Part shown: piece after piece, positions 29,007 to 39,540 of the stretch
Layout of the letters: the number at the start of each line of letters is the position of its first letter
How positions within the stretch are numbered: the stretch's first letter is position 1
Source: Anaeromyxobacteraceae bacterium
GTDB taxonomy: Bacteria > Myxococcota > Myxococcia > Myxococcales > Anaeromyxobacteraceae
Assembly (NCBI GenBank): GCA_047602405.1
Contig: JASGHJ010000002.1
Span: forward strand, 960,001 to 1,024,000
Reading direction: 5' to 3'
DNA: 64,000 nt
Made by a program: the position numbers and the translations under genes
Notes under the pieces: model-generated
Told to the model about the DNA's origin: nothing
Database searches by the model: none
Seen by the model: the letters and a program-made list of their open reading frames with translations, nothing else

Positions 29007-30220
29007 AGCGCCACCTCCTCTCCGGTCTCCTCGCCGCGACGGCCGCGGTCGCGGTCGCCCAGACCCCGGCCGAGCCGCCCGCGCCGGCGGCCCCCGCGCC
29101 CGCCGAGGCGCCGGCGCCCGACGCCGTGGAGGTCGGCTCCATGAAGATGGAGGAGGGCCGCGGGCCGCTGCCGCCGCCGGACACGTACACGATCCGCCCG
29201 GGCGACACGCTCTGGGACCTCTCCGGCCGCTTCCTCAACAACCCGTGGTACTGGCCGAAGGTCTGGTCCTACAACCCGGAGATCGAGAACCCGCACTGGA
29301 TCTACCCGGGCAACCTCCTGCGCTTCTACCCGTCGGAGGATCAGGCCCCGGTCCGCGTCGAGCCGGTCGCCGGCGCCGAGCCGCAGGCGCCCGCCGCGGA
29401 GGAGCAGGAGTGGACCGAGCCGCCGCCCGAGCTCGAGGACTTCTCGAAGGCGGACATGAAGTCGCCCGAGTCCGAGGAGAGCCGGGACACCGTCGCCGTC
29501 GCGGGCCCGTACAAGATCGGCTACGCCGGCCCGAAGTCGCAGCTCGTCCGGCACGACGCCTTCGTCACCCCGCGCGAGCTCGCCGAGTCGGGCGCCATCC
29601 GCGCCGCCGCCGAGGAGAAGCTCCTCCTCGCCACGCTCGACCGCGCCTACGCCCGGTTCGACCACCAGGCGCCGGTGAAGGTCGGCGAGACCTACGTGGT
29701 CTACAAGACCCTGCGCCCCGTGCGGCACCCCGTGAGCAAGGAGCTGTTCGGCTACCAGACCGTCGTGCTCGGCACCGCGAGGGTCACCGCCATCGACGAC
29801 AAGGCGGCGACGCTCCAGATCCAGCAGGCCTTCGATCCCATCGAGCGCGGCGCGCTCCTCGGGCCGATGACGGAGCGGGCGATCCGCCGCGTCGATCGCC
29901 GCCCCAACGAGCGGCAGCTCGACGGCCACATCATCGGCGGCCAGGTGCCGGTGCTCAGCGCCTTCGGCGAGAACCACGTCGTGTTCCTCGACCGGGGCTC
30001 CGCCGACGGCGTGCAGGAGGGCAACACGTTCAAGGTCATCCGCTCCGGCGACCCCTACGGCACGACCGGGCCGACGTGGGACCCGCGCCTGCCCGTCGAG
30101 AGCGTCGGCGAGCTCCTCGTCGTCGACGTGAAGGAGCGGGCCTGCGCCGCGGTCGTCCTTCGCAGCCTGCGGGAGGTGGTCGTCGGCGACCGCATCGAGA
30201 TGCGGCCGAGCGGCGGCTAG
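29003..30220 (+). CDS. LysM peptidoglycan-binding secreted protein
   Basis: Signal peptide; YTIRPGDTLWDLSGRFLNNPWYWPKVWSYNPEIENPHWIYPG; usual neighbour of dprA. Confidence 0.9.
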   Translation: MKRHLLSGLLAATAAVAVAQTPAEPPAPAAPAPAEAPAPDAVEVGSMKMEEGRGPLPPPDTYTIRPGDTLWDLSGRFLNNPWYWPKVWSYNPEIENPHWIYPGNLLRFYPSEDQAPVRVEPVAGAEPQAPAAEEQEWTEPPPELEDFSKADMKSPESEESRDTVAVAGPYKIGYAGPKSQLVRHDAFVTPRELAESGAIRAAAEEKLLLATLDRAYARFDHQAPVKVGETYVVYKTLRPVRHPVSKELFGYQTVVLGTARVTAIDDKAATLQIQQAFDPIERGALLGPMTERAIRRVDRRPNERQLDGHIIGGQVPVLSAFGENHVVFLDRGSADGVQEGNTFKVIRSGDPYGTTGPTWDPRLPVESVGELLVVDVKERACAAVVLRSLREVVVGDRIEMRPSGG

Positions 30221-30270
30221 GGCGCCGAGCACTCCCCTTGCAGTGCACGAGGGCGCCCGAGGGCGCCCTC

Positions 30271-31161
30271 ATGCGTTCCACCCCGACTTCCGCCCGCTTC
30301 GCGCGAGACGCCGCCACCCTCCGGCCCGGGGACGGTCCGTATCCCGTCCGCCTGGTCCGCCTCGCGGACCCTCCGCCGGTGCTCCGCATGCTCGGCGCGC
30401 TCCGGGACGGCCCGGCCGTCGCCATCGTCGGCTCGCGGTCCCCGGATGGCTACGGGCGGGACCTCGCCCGGGAGATCGCCGGCGGGCTCGCCCGGGCCGG
30501 GGTCTCGGTGGTCTCCGGCGGCGCGCTCGGCATCGACGGCGAGGCCCACCGGGGCGCGCTCGAGGCGGGCGGGCACACCGCGGCGGTCCTCGGCACCGGG
30601 ATCGACGTGCCGTACCCGGCGAGCCACCGCGGGCTGTTCGCGGCCATCCTGGAGGCCGGCGGGGCGCTCCTCACCGAGCAGGCCGACGGGACGGAGGCCT
30701 TCCCGGGCAACTTCCCGCGGCGCAACCGGATCGTGGCCGCGCTCGCCGACGCGGTCCTCGTCGTGCAGGCGCGCCCGGGCTCGGGGGCGCTCATCACCTC
30801 GGGCCTCGCGGGCCGCCTCGGCGTGCCGCTCCTCGCCTGCCCGGGCGACGTGCGGGACGACCTCACCGCCGGCCCCCTCGCGCTCCTGCGGGCGGGCGCG
30901 GCCCCGGTGGCGGACGCGGGCGACGTCCTGCGGGTCCTGGGCGTCGCCGCGCCGGAGGCGCCCGCCCAGCTCCCGCTCCCGGCGCTCGGCGGGGAGGAGG
31001 GGGCGCTGCTCGGCGCCCTCTCGAAGAAGCCCCGGCACCTCGACGAGGTCGCCCGGGCCACCGGCCTGTCCGCCGGCGCGGCCCTGGCCGGGCTGCTCGC
31101 GCTCGAGCTCCGGGGGCTCGTGGAGCAGCGACCCGGAGGCCACTTCCTAACGCGCTCGTGA
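30271..31161 (+). CDS. dprA: DNA-processing protein DprA
   Basis: VAIVGSR, VVSGGALGIDGEAHRGAL, VLGTGID, FPRRNRIVA, SGALIT; C-terminal winged helix. Confidence 0.93.
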   Translation: MRSTPTSARFARDAATLRPGDGPYPVRLVRLADPPPVLRMLGALRDGPAVAIVGSRSPDGYGRDLAREIAGGLARAGVSVVSGGALGIDGEAHRGALEAGGHTAAVLGTGIDVPYPASHRGLFAAILEAGGALLTEQADGTEAFPGNFPRRNRIVAALADAVLVVQARPGSGALITSGLAGRLGVPLLACPGDVRDDLTAGPLALLRAGAAPVADAGDVLRVLGVAAPEAPAQLPLPALGGEEGALLGALSKKPRHLDEVARATGLSAGAALAGLLALELRGLVEQRPGGHFLTRS

Positions 31162-31179
31162 CGAGGTACTCCGGGGTGA

Positions 31180-33456
31180 ATGCCCAAGGCCGCCCGCACG
31201 CTCGTCGTCGTCGAGTCCCCTTCGAAGGCGAAGACCCTGCAGAAGATCCTGGGGTCCTCGTACGCCGTGCGCGCCTCCTACGGCCACGTGCGAGACCTCC
31301 CCGCGGCCGGCCTCGGCGTCGACCTCGCGAAGGGCTTCCTGCCGATGTGGGTGCAGGTGAAGGGGCAGGGGAAGGTCCTCTCCGAGCTGAAGCGGGCGGC
31401 CCGCGACGCCGAGAAGGTCTTCCTCGCGACCGATCCCGACCGCGAGGGCGAGGCCATCGCCTGGCACCTCTCCGAGGAGATCGGGGTGCCCGGCGGCGAC
31501 GCCCGCGTGCGGCGGGCGCTCCTGCACGAGCTCACGCCCGAGGCGGTGGCGGAGGCGCTCGCGCACCCGCGCGACCTCGACCGCAGGAGCCACGACGCGC
31601 AGCTCGCGCGCCGGGTGCTCGACCGGCTCGTCGGGTTCCAGGTCTCGGAGCTGCTCTGGAAGAAGGTCCGGCGCGGGCTCTCGGCCGGGCGGGTGCAGTC
31701 GGTCGCCGTGCGGCTGGTCGCCGAGCGCGAGGCCGCCATCGAGGCGTTCAGGAAGGAGACCACCTACGCGCTCGAGGTGAAGCTCGAGGCGCCGCGGGGC
31801 GAGGAGCTCCTCGCCATCGTCACCGAGCGCGACGGCGAGCCCCTCGTGCTGAAGGACGCCGGCGAGGCGGCGCTCCTCGCCGAGGAGCTCGGCGCCCAGA
31901 AGTTCCGGGTGGAGGCGATCGAGCGCAAGGAGCGGGTCCGCCCGGCGCCGCCGCCCTACACCACCGCGACCCTGCAGCAGGACGCGGCGGAACGGCTCGG
32001 CTTCAGCGCGAAGAAGACCATGACGCTCGCGCAGCACCTCTACGAGGGCGTCGACCTCGGCGACGAGGGGCTCGTGGGCCTCGTCTCGTACATGCGGACC
32101 GACTCGGTGCGGGTGCCGACCGCGGCGGCGGAGGCGGCGCGCCGCCACGCCGCGGAGCGCTTCGGTGACGGGGCCGTCCCGCCCGTCCCGAACGTCTTCC
32201 GGTCGCGCCCCGGGAGCCACGAGGCGCACGAGGCGATCCGCCCGACCTCCATCGAGCGGACGCCGGAGGTGGTGAAGCCGCTCCTCGGCGGCGCGGGCGA
32301 GCGCGACCTCTCGCGCCTGTACGCGCTCGTCTGGACCCGCTTCGTCAGCTCGCAGATGACGCCGGCGGTCCTCGAGGACGCGACCGTGGTGCTCTCGGCC
32401 GGGCGCTTCGGCCTGCGCGCCGCGGGCGCGGCGGTGCGCACGAAGGGCTGGCTCGCCCTCGCCGGGAAGGACGTCCCCGCGCGCGTGGCCGGCGAGCCGG
32501 GGGAGGGCGTTCCGTCGCTCCCGCCGCTGCCGCGGTTCGTGGAAGGCGACGGGCTCGACCTCGTCGACGTCGACGTGGCCGAGCACGTCTCCGCGCCGCC
32601 GGAGCGCTACACCGAGGCGTCGCTCGTGCGCGAGATGGAGGAGCGCGGCCTGGGCCGGCCCTCCACCTACGCGGCGGTGCTCGAGACCGTGCAGGAGCGC
32701 CACTACGTCGACCGCGACGGCAAGCACCTCGTCCCGACCGAGCTCGGCCGCGAGGTCACGCGGTTCCTCGTCGAGCGCTTCCCGAAGCTCCTCGACGCGG
32801 CGTTCACGGCCAGCGTCGAGGCGCGGCTCGACTCGATCGAGGGCGGCGCCGCCGGCTACGAGGAGGTGCTGCGCGAGCTGCACCGGCCCTTCGAGGCGGA
32901 GCTCGCGGCGGCGAAGGAGGGCGCGCGCCCGGAGCCGTCGTCGACCGGCGTCCGCTGCCCGCGCTGCAGCCGGCCGATGGTCGTGAAGTCCGGCCGGACC
33001 GGGGAGTTCCTCTCCTGCTCGGGCTACCCGGCCTGCCGCGGCACCCGGAGCTTCCGCCGGGGCCCGCAGGGCGAGATCCAGGTCGAGGAGGAGATCGTCT
33101 CCGACGAGAAGTGCCCCGAGTGCGGCGGCACCATGGCCGTGAAGGGCGGGCGCACGGGGCGCTTCCTGGGCTGCACCCGCTATCCGGCCTGCCGCGGCAC
33201 GCGCGCGCTCTCGATCGGCGTGCCGTGCCCGAAGAGCTGCGGCGGCCAGGTCAGCGAGCGGCGGTCGAAGCAGGGCCGGACCTTCTTCGGCTGCACCACC
33301 TACCCCGCCTGCGACTTCGTCAGCTGGGACCGGCCCCGCGACGAGCCCTGCCCCGAGTGCGGGAACGCCTGGATCGTCGAGAAGCTGTCCCGGACCGGCA
33401 CGCCGATCGTGGCCTGCCCGAACAAGGAATGCGGCTGGCAAAAGCCGCGGGGTTGA
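31180..33456 (+). CDS. topA: DNA topoisomerase I
   Basis: LVVVESPSKAKT, ATDPDREGEAIAWH, SAGRVQS, SYMRTDS, AHEAIRPT, GRPSTYA, C-terminal C4 zinc ribbons. Confidence 0.96.
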   Translation: MPKAARTLVVVESPSKAKTLQKILGSSYAVRASYGHVRDLPAAGLGVDLAKGFLPMWVQVKGQGKVLSELKRAARDAEKVFLATDPDREGEAIAWHLSEEIGVPGGDARVRRALLHELTPEAVAEALAHPRDLDRRSHDAQLARRVLDRLVGFQVSELLWKKVRRGLSAGRVQSVAVRLVAEREAAIEAFRKETTYALEVKLEAPRGEELLAIVTERDGEPLVLKDAGEAALLAEELGAQKFRVEAIERKERVRPAPPPYTTATLQQDAAERLGFSAKKTMTLAQHLYEGVDLGDEGLVGLVSYMRTDSVRVPTAAAEAARRHAAERFGDGAVPPVPNVFRSRPGSHEAHEAIRPTSIERTPEVVKPLLGGAGERDLSRLYALVWTRFVSSQMTPAVLEDATVVLSAGRFGLRAAGAAVRTKGWLALAGKDVPARVAGEPGEGVPSLPPLPRFVEGDGLDLVDVDVAEHVSAPPERYTEASLVREMEERGLGRPSTYAAVLETVQERHYVDRDGKHLVPTELGREVTRFLVERFPKLLDAAFTASVEARLDSIEGGAAGYEEVLRELHRPFEAELAAAKEGARPEPSSTGVRCPRCSRPMVVKSGRTGEFLSCSGYPACRGTRSFRRGPQGEIQVEEEIVSDEKCPECGGTMAVKGGRTGRFLGCTRYPACRGTRALSIGVPCPKSCGGQVSERRSKQGRTFFGCTTYPACDFVSWDRPRDEPCPECGNAWIVEKLSRTGTPIVACPNKECGWQKPRG

Positions 33457-33482
33457 CACCCCGCCAGGCCGCGCGGTAGGAA
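33453..33482 (+). promoter_or_regulatory. Possible sigma70 promoter for the tolQ/tolR operon
   Basis: TTGACA 33453-33458, 18-bp spacer, weak -10 TAGGAA. Confidence 0.3.
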
Positions 33483-33610
33483 ATTCCCTTGTGTCCACCG
33501 TGCCCTAGCGGCGCGGGCCGACCGGAATCCCGGGAGCGAATCCCCGGAAGCTACAGTCCCGCCACAAGGCTGCCTGACCGCAGCCCCACCCTTGACGAGG
33601 CCGACCGACG

Positions 33611-34267
33611 ATGCACGCGCTCGCTGAGTTCTTCAAGGAAGGTGGACCGTTCATGGTCGTGAACCTGGTGACCAGTGCGGTCGCCATCGCGATCATCGCG
33701 GAGCGCATCATCGCCCTCGCGTTCAAGCTGAACCTGAACGCGGGCCCCTTCATGGAGCAGGTGCAGAAGCTCGTCCTCTCCGGGAACGTCGACCGGGCCG
33801 TGAAGCTCTGCGGCGCCGCGCCGAACGCGGCCCTCTCCAAGGTCATCCGCGCCGGCCTCACCCGCGCGAACCGCGGCGAGCAGGAGGTGGCGCGGGCGCT
33901 CGAGGAGGCGGTGCTGGAGGTGACCCCGTCCCTCGGCAAGCGCATCGGCGCGCTCTGGTCGCTCGCGAACGTCGCGACCCTCGTCGGCCTCATCGGCACC
34001 ATCATCGGCCTCATCGGCACGTTCAAGTCGCTCGAGGCCGCGAGCCCCGAGATGAAGCAGGTCATGCTCTCCCGCGGCATCTCGGAGGCCATGAACAACA
34101 CCGCGTTCGGCCTCTCGATCGCGGTGACCTGCATCGTGGCCCACCTCATGCTGTCCTCGAAGTCGAAGTCGATGATCGAGGACATCGAGTACAACGCCCT
34201 CCGCCTCGAGAACCTGCTGTCGCGGCGCGGCGCGGGCGAGACGAACCCGCTCGAGTCCGCCGGCTAG
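33611..34267 (+). CDS. MotA/TolQ/ExbB proton channel protein
   Basis: ANVATLVGLIGTIIGLIGTF, GISEAMNNTAFGL. Confidence 0.92.
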   Translation: MHALAEFFKEGGPFMVVNLVTSAVAIAIIAERIIALAFKLNLNAGPFMEQVQKLVLSGNVDRAVKLCGAAPNAALSKVIRAGLTRANRGEQEVARALEEAVLEVTPSLGKRIGALWSLANVATLVGLIGTIIGLIGTFKSLEAASPEMKQVMLSRGISEAMNNTAFGLSIAVTCIVAHLMLSSKSKSMIEDIEYNALRLENLLSRRGAGETNPLESAG

Positions 34268-34291
34268 CGCCTCGCTCGGGAGGGAAGCGCC

Positions 34292-34828
34292 ATGCGGCGT
34301 CGCGTGCACGTCGAGGAGGAGGTGGGCGAGCTCAACATCGTCCCCTACCTCGACATCGTCGTGAACCTCGTCATGTTCATGCTGCTCAGCATGACGGGGC
34401 TCATCAGCCTCGGCGTCCTCAACGTCTCGACGCCCAAGATCGGCGGCGCGGCCTCGGTCACGCAGGCCGACCCGCAGGAGCAGCCGAAGCTCCTCCTCAC
34501 CGTGGCCATCGGCAAGCAGGGCTTCTACGTGGCGGGCGCGGGCGGCGTGCTCGGCGCCGACGCCGCGTCGCCCGACGCGACCCGCCCGCCCACCATCCCG
34601 CTCAAGGGCGGGAAGTACGACTACGAGGCGCTGACCGAGCAGCTCCGGGGCATCAAGGAGAAGTACCCGCAGGAGACCGCGGTGATCCTCTCCGCCGACA
34701 TGGACGTCGTCTACGACATCCTGATCCAGACGATGGACGCCTGCCGCGAGTACACCGCGAAGAAGCCGGACGGCTCCGTCGAGCACAAGGCGATGTTCTA
34801 CGACGTCTCGCTCTCGATGATCGGGTGA
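34292..34828 (+). CDS. ExbD/TolR family protein
   Basis: ELNIVPYLDIVVNLVMF with conserved Asp; ILSADMDVVYDILIQTMDA. Confidence 0.9.
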   Translation: MRRRVHVEEEVGELNIVPYLDIVVNLVMFMLLSMTGLISLGVLNVSTPKIGGAASVTQADPQEQPKLLLTVAIGKQGFYVAGAGGVLGADAASPDATRPPTIPLKGGKYDYEALTEQLRGIKEKYPQETAVILSADMDVVYDILIQTMDACREYTAKKPDGSVEHKAMFYDVSLSMIG

Positions 34829-34834
34829 CCGAGG

Positions 34835-35419
34835 ATGGCCCAGCCCGCCCCCATCTCGAACGAGGAGCAGCTCCGGCGCGACAAGGACGCGCGCAGGTAC
34901 CGGATCGCGCGCCGCAAGGCGCGGGAGGCCGCCGGGGAGATCAAGGAGCTCAACATCACCGCGATGATGGACATGATGACCATCATCCTGGTGTTCCTCC
35001 TGAAGTCCTACTCGGCCTCCGCCATCAACGTGAACATGAGCGACAACCTGGCGATCCCGGTGTCGTCGACCCAGCTCAGCCCGCAGGAGAACATCACCGT
35101 CACCGTCGCCACGAACGAGCTGTCGGTGAACGACAAGGTCGTGCTGCGCGAGGGGATGCAGGGCGGGGTGGTGCCGCCGGCGGCGAAGGAGGGCGGGAAG
35201 GCCGACGCCTTCTACATCGGCGCGCTCTACGACGGGCTGAAGAAGGAAGTCGACAAGCAGAAGTACATCGCCAAGTACAACCGCAACGCGCCGTTCTCCG
35301 GCCGCGTCAACGTGGTCGTCGACAAGAAGGTCCCCTACCGGACGCTCATGGAGGTCCTGTACACGGCGGGCCAGGCCGAGCTCGGCGAGTACAAGTTCAT
35401 GGTGCTGAAGAAGGAGTGA
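34835..35419 (+). CDS. ExbD/TolR family protein (AglS-like)
   Basis: ELNITAMMDMMTIILVFLLKSY; VDKKVPYRTLMEVLYTAGQA. Confidence 0.9.
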   Translation: MAQPAPISNEEQLRRDKDARRYRIARRKAREAAGEIKELNITAMMDMMTIILVFLLKSYSASAINVNMSDNLAIPVSSTQLSPQENITVTVATNELSVNDKVVLREGMQGGVVPPAAKEGGKADAFYIGALYDGLKKEVDKQKYIAKYNRNAPFSGRVNVVVDKKVPYRTLMEVLYTAGQAELGEYKFMVLKKE

Positions 35420-35424
35420 CCCGG

Positions 35425-35506
35425 CCGTCCGCCCCGAACGTACCGTCCGCCCCGAGCGTAGCGCCGCCGCAGGCGGCGCGGAGACGAGGGGCGCGGAGAC
35501 GAGGGG
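35425..35506 (+). repeat. REP-like element copy 2 with partial duplication of both ends
   Basis: ccgtccgccccgaacgta + ccgtccgccccgagcgtagcgccgccgcaggcggcgcggagacgagggg + cgcggagacgagggg, between convergent genes. Confidence 0.8.
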
Positions 35507-35512
35507 CCCCCG

Positions 35513-35893
35513 CTACATGGTCGGCGGCTCCGCCGCGGGCGCGAGCGACTGCTCCCGCCGCTCCGCGCACTCGGTGCACAGGAGCGCGTAGGGCAGGGCC
35601 TTCAGCCGCCTGGGATCGATGTCGTTCTCGCAGTCCCGGCACACCCCGTAGTCCCCGGCGTCCACGCGCGTGAGCGCGGCGTCGATCTGCCCGAGCTCCC
35701 GCCGCTGCGCCTCGCCCACGCGCGAGAGCGTGAACGACTCGTGATCGAGCTGCGCGCCCTCCTCGAACTCGGGATCCCGGTCGGCGCTGCGCAGGGCCTC
35801 GATGCCCTCGCCGATGCGGCGGAAGCTCTCGAGGAGCGCGCGGCGGCGATCGCGAAGCACGGTGCGGTGCTGCTCCAGCTGGGTCTCGGTCAC
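35513..35893 (-). CDS. dksA: DksA/TraR C4 zinc-finger protein
   Basis: [43 protein letters not shown] start preceded by gagagga. Confidence 0.85.
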   Translation of the reverse strand: MTETQLEQHRTVLRDRRRALLESFRRIGEGIEALRSADRDPEFEEGAQLDHESFTLSRVGEAQRRELGQIDAALTRVDAGDYGVCRDCENDIDPRRLKALPYALLCTECAERREQSLAPAAEPPTM

Positions 35894-35981
35894 GTTGCGT
35901 TCCTCTCCGCGGGGAGCTACATGGAGCGCGCCGGTGCCTCCGTCCCGCCTCGCCCATCCCCTGCACCCGGCGCGCCCGTGC

Positions 35982-35996
35982 AGCAAGCTGCGCACC
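35982..35996 (-). promoter_or_regulatory. Possible sigma54 promoter upstream of dksA-like gene
   Basis: Minus strand GGTGCGCAGCTTGCT = GG-N10-GC. Confidence 0.35.
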
Positions 35997-36117
35997 GCGG
36001 GTCCCCGGGGCACGCGTCCCCCTGCCTCGAGCCCGCTCCGCGGGCCCGGCGCCCGGGACGGGCGGGGCGGGTCGGCCCTGGAAGGCGCGGCGCCGGGTGG
36101 CCCCTGAAAGGAGCGGC

Positions 36118-37467
36118 ATGGAGCGCGTGACGGTCATCGGTGGTGGGCTCGCGGGCAGCGAGGCCGCGTGGCGCCTCGCCACCGCCGGGGTGCCGGTCGA
36201 GCTCGTCGAGATGAAGCCGGCGAGGCGCTCCCCGGCCCACCTGGGGGACGGGCTCGCCGAGCTCGTCTGCTCGAACTCCCTGCGCTCGGACAACCCCCAG
36301 AACGCGGTCGGGCTGCTCCACGAGGAGCTGCGCCGGCTGGGCAGCCTCGTGCTCGAGGCGGCCGACGCCACCCGGGTCCCCGCCGGGGACGCCCTCGCGG
36401 TCGACCGCGAGCGCTTCAGCGCCTTCATCACCGGCCGCCTCGCCGCCCACCCGCTCGTCACCCGCACCGCCCGCGAGGTGACCGCGCTCCCGGCCGGCCC
36501 GGCCCCGGCCATCGTCGCGACCGGCCCGCTCACGGCCGACGCGCTCGCCGCCGAGCTCGCGGCGCTCGCCGGCGGCCGGCTGCACTTCTACGACGCGATC
36601 GCGCCCATCGTCTCCGCCGACTCCATCGACATGGAGATCGCCTACGCGAAGAGCCGCTACGGGAAGGGCTCCGGCGACGACTACCTGAACCTGCCGATGG
36701 ACGAGGCGCAGTACCGTGCGTTCGTCGAGGCGCTGCGCGCGGGCGAGAAGGTCCCCGCCCACGACTTCGAGGAGCCGAGGTACTTCGAGGGCTGCCTGCC
36801 GATCGAGGTGATGGCGGACCGCGGCGACGAGGTGCTCTCGCACGGGCCGATGAAGCCGGTCGGCCTCGAGGACCCGCGCACGGGCCGCCGCCCGCACGCG
36901 GTGGTGCAACTGCGCCGGGAGGACGTCGCCGGCACCGCCTGGAACCTGGTCGGCTTCCAGACCCGGCTCACCTGGACGGAGCAGCGCCGCATCCTCCGCG
37001 CGTTCGTGCCGGGGCTCGCGAACGCCGAGTTCGTCCGGCTCGGGCAAATCCACCGGAACACCTTCGTGGACGCGCCGCGGGTGCTCGCGCCGGACCTCTC
37101 GCTCCGGGAGCGGCCGCACCTGTTCCTGGCCGGGCAGATCACCGGCGTCGAGGGCTACGTCGAGTCCGCCGCGTGCGGGCACGTCGCGGCGCGCGCGGTG
37201 CTCGACCGGCTCGCCGGCCGATCCTTCGCGCCGCCGCCGGCCGCGACCGCGCTCGGGGCGCTGCACCGCCACCTCACCGGCGAGGCGCACCCGCCGGGGC
37301 ACGCCCACCAGCCCTCGAACGTCGTGTTCGCGCTCTTCCCGCCGCTTCAGGGTAAGTTCCGTGGCAAGGAGGCCCGCAAGCTCGCGTACGTCGAGCGGGC
37401 CCGGAGGGAGCTCTCGCCATGGCTCGAGGTTCCGTCACTGGCCGCGCGGCAGCCCGCGCCGGCCTGA
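36118..37467 (+). CDS. trmFO: tRNA (uracil-54) methyltransferase TrmFO (Gid)
   Basis: [61 protein letters not shown]. Confidence 0.96.
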   Translation: MERVTVIGGGLAGSEAAWRLATAGVPVELVEMKPARRSPAHLGDGLAELVCSNSLRSDNPQNAVGLLHEELRRLGSLVLEAADATRVPAGDALAVDRERFSAFITGRLAAHPLVTRTAREVTALPAGPAPAIVATGPLTADALAAELAALAGGRLHFYDAIAPIVSADSIDMEIAYAKSRYGKGSGDDYLNLPMDEAQYRAFVEALRAGEKVPAHDFEEPRYFEGCLPIEVMADRGDEVLSHGPMKPVGLEDPRTGRRPHAVVQLRREDVAGTAWNLVGFQTRLTWTEQRRILRAFVPGLANAEFVRLGQIHRNTFVDAPRVLAPDLSLRERPHLFLAGQITGVEGYVESAACGHVAARAVLDRLAGRSFAPPPAATALGALHRHLTGEAHPPGHAHQPSNVVFALFPPLQGKFRGKEARKLAYVERARRELSPWLEVPSLAARQPAPA

Positions 37468-39044
37468 TCGCCGCCTTCGCCCTCGCGGGCGCGGCGGCGT
37501 GCACGCGGTCCGAGCCCGGCGGCGCCACGGGCGCGACCGGCGGTGCCGCGTCGCCGGCCGGCCGGCGCGTCGCCGGGACCGACGCGCGCACCCTCGCGGC
37601 CTCGCCCGACGGCGCGTGGCTCGCGTACCGCGAGGGCTGCCGCGAGGCGCGCGGCCAGTTCCTTCCCCCGGGCACCGCGAGCTGCGACCTGAGGGTGGTG
37701 CCCTCGGCCGGCGGCGAGGCGGTGAAGGTCGGCGTCGCGGTCACCACGCTCCCGCACGCGGTCGCCTGGCACCCGGCGGCGCCGCTCCTCGCCTTCCTCG
37801 GCGACTACGACTACGTGGCCGGCACCGGGAAGCTCCAGCTCTCGTCCGCGGGCGCCGGGCCGACCGTGGTGGCCGACGGCGTCGGCTTCTTCGGCTTCGT
37901 GCCGGGCGCGGGCGCGCCGAGGGTCGCCGCGCTCTCCGGCGGCAAGCTCCTCCTCGCGGGCGCGGGCCAGGACGCGGCCGCGGTGCCGGGCGCCGAGGGG
38001 CTCACCTCCTTCGAGCTCAACCCCGGCCCGGGGGCGGAGGGGCCGGGCGTCGCCGCGCTGCTCCGGCGGCCCGCGAGGACCGGCGGCGCGCTCCTCGCGC
38101 AGGGGCGCGACGGCAAGGTGCGCGAGCTCGCCGCGTCCGCCGGCGACTACGCCTTCGCCGCGGGCGGCGGGGCGTACGCCTTCGGCGTCCAGGGCAAGGA
38201 GGGCTACGACCTCCAGGTGGTCGTCGGCGCGGGCGGGCCGAGGCTCGCGGGCCGGGCGGTGCGGAGCTTCGCGTTCTCGCCCGACGGCAAGGCGCTCGCG
38301 TTCGTCGAGGGCGCGCGGCCGGGCAAGCAGGGTGATTCCCGGGCCGGGCCGGTCGGCGGGCCCTGGGAGCTCCTCGGGAAGGACGTCGGCGAGTTCGGCT
38401 GGGCGCGCGGCGCGGAGCGGCTCGCGTGGCTCGAGGCCTACGACGCGCGGGTGCGGTCCGGCACCGCCGCGGCGGGCGGCCCGGGCGCGCCCCGGCGCGC
38501 CTTCGGCAAGTCGGTCACCGACCTCGAGCTCTCGCCCGACGGGCGGTGGGTCGCGTACGTGCAGCACACCAGCCGGGGCGGCTACTCCGTGGATTCGTGG
38601 GTCGCGCCGGTCGACGGCGCGGCCCCCGCCGCGCAGGTCGCGACGGGCGTCTTCGGCTTCTCGTTCTCGCCCGACTCGCGCTGGCTCTACTACCGGACCC
38701 GCTGCGTGCGGAACGCGGAGGCGTGCGACCTCGAGCGGGTCCCGTCCGCCGGGCGCGACGCGGGGAAGGCGCCGGACGTGCTCGCCCAGGGGCTGAAGAG
38801 CTTCGAGTTCGACGCCCGCGATCCCGACCGCCTGCTCCTCGGATGGCAGCGCATGGACCGGGCTGCGCTCGACGTGGGCGTGCTCGAGCACGGCAAGCTC
38901 GTGAGGGTCGACACGCTGGTGCAGCCCGGCACCGCGATGCTGCTCGGCCCGGACTCCCGGCGCCTCGCCTACGTGGTCGTCGACCCGAAGCGCGCCGGCG
39001 TGTGGGTCGCCGACCTCGCGGCCGCCGCCGCGGCGGCGCGGTAG
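37419..39044 (+). CDS. Beta-propeller (TolB/WD40-like) lipoprotein, AglU-like
   Basis: Lipobox GAAAC; repeated SPDG motifs; overlaps trmFO, as I recall for Myxococcus gid-aglU; start uncertain. Confidence 0.7.
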   Translation: MARGSVTGRAAARAGLIAAFALAGAAACTRSEPGGATGATGGAASPAGRRVAGTDARTLAASPDGAWLAYREGCREARGQFLPPGTASCDLRVVPSAGGEAVKVGVAVTTLPHAVAWHPAAPLLAFLGDYDYVAGTGKLQLSSAGAGPTVVADGVGFFGFVPGAGAPRVAALSGGKLLLAGAGQDAAAVPGAEGLTSFELNPGPGAEGPGVAALLRRPARTGGALLAQGRDGKVRELAASAGDYAFAAGGGAYAFGVQGKEGYDLQVVVGAGGPRLAGRAVRSFAFSPDGKALAFVEGARPGKQGDSRAGPVGGPWELLGKDVGEFGWARGAERLAWLEAYDARVRSGTAAAGGPGAPRRAFGKSVTDLELSPDGRWVAYVQHTSRGGYSVDSWVAPVDGAAPAAQVATGVFGFSFSPDSRWLYYRTRCVRNAEACDLERVPSAGRDAGKAPDVLAQGLKSFEFDARDPDRLLLGWQRMDRAALDVGVLEHGKLVRVDTLVQPGTAMLLGPDSRRLAYVVVDPKRAGVWVADLAAAAAAAR

Positions 39045-39045
39045 G

Positions 39046-39540
39046 TCAGAGCGCGCTCGGCTTGCGCGAGGGTGCCGGCGCGTCCGGCGCGTCCGCGTCC
39101 GGCACCGCGCGCACGAGGCACGGCACCGTCGCGGGGCAGAGCCCCTCGAACTGGCGCGAGGTCCTCACCGGGGCCGGCACGGCCGCGCGGTCCACCCGGC
39201 GCCAGCCGCGCGCCGCGAAGAAGGGCTCGGCGGTCCCGGTGAGGAGGTAGAGGTCGCGCAGGTGCAGCTTGCGCGCGCGCTCGAGGGCGCGCGTGGTGAG
39301 GGCGCTCCCGACGCCCCGCCCCCGCCAGGGCTCCGCGACGGCGAGCGAGCGCAGGAGCGCGTCCTTCCCGTGCCCCTCGAGCGCCACCACGCCGGCGAGC
39401 GTCGCCCCGTCCCAGGCCGCGAGCAACAGCTGCGCCCCGTAGCTCACGTCCTCCGACGGGAGGCCCGAGGCCGCGAGGAGGGCGCGCACGGCGGGCACGT
39501 CGCCGGGCGCGGCGTCGCGGTAGGTGAGGGGGGCGGTCAT
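39046..39540 (-). CDS. GNAT N-acetyltransferase, ArsN2-like
   Basis: LLAASGLP, ALLRSLAVAEPWRGRGVG, LYLLTGTAEPFF, SRQFEGLCP. Confidence 0.8.
   Translation of the reverse strand: MTAPLTYRDAAPGDVPAVRALLAASGLPSEDVSYGAQLLLAAWDGATLAGVVALEGHGKDALLRSLAVAEPWRGRGVGSALTTRALERARKLHLRDLYLLTGTAEPFFAARGWRRVDRAAVPAPVRTSRQFEGLCPATVPCLVRAVPDADAPDAPAPSRKPSAL

Noticed and set aside
33483..33610. c-di-GMP riboswitch in the tolQ leader
   Set aside because: Some hairpin potential, but the conserved GEMM motifs are not recognisable.
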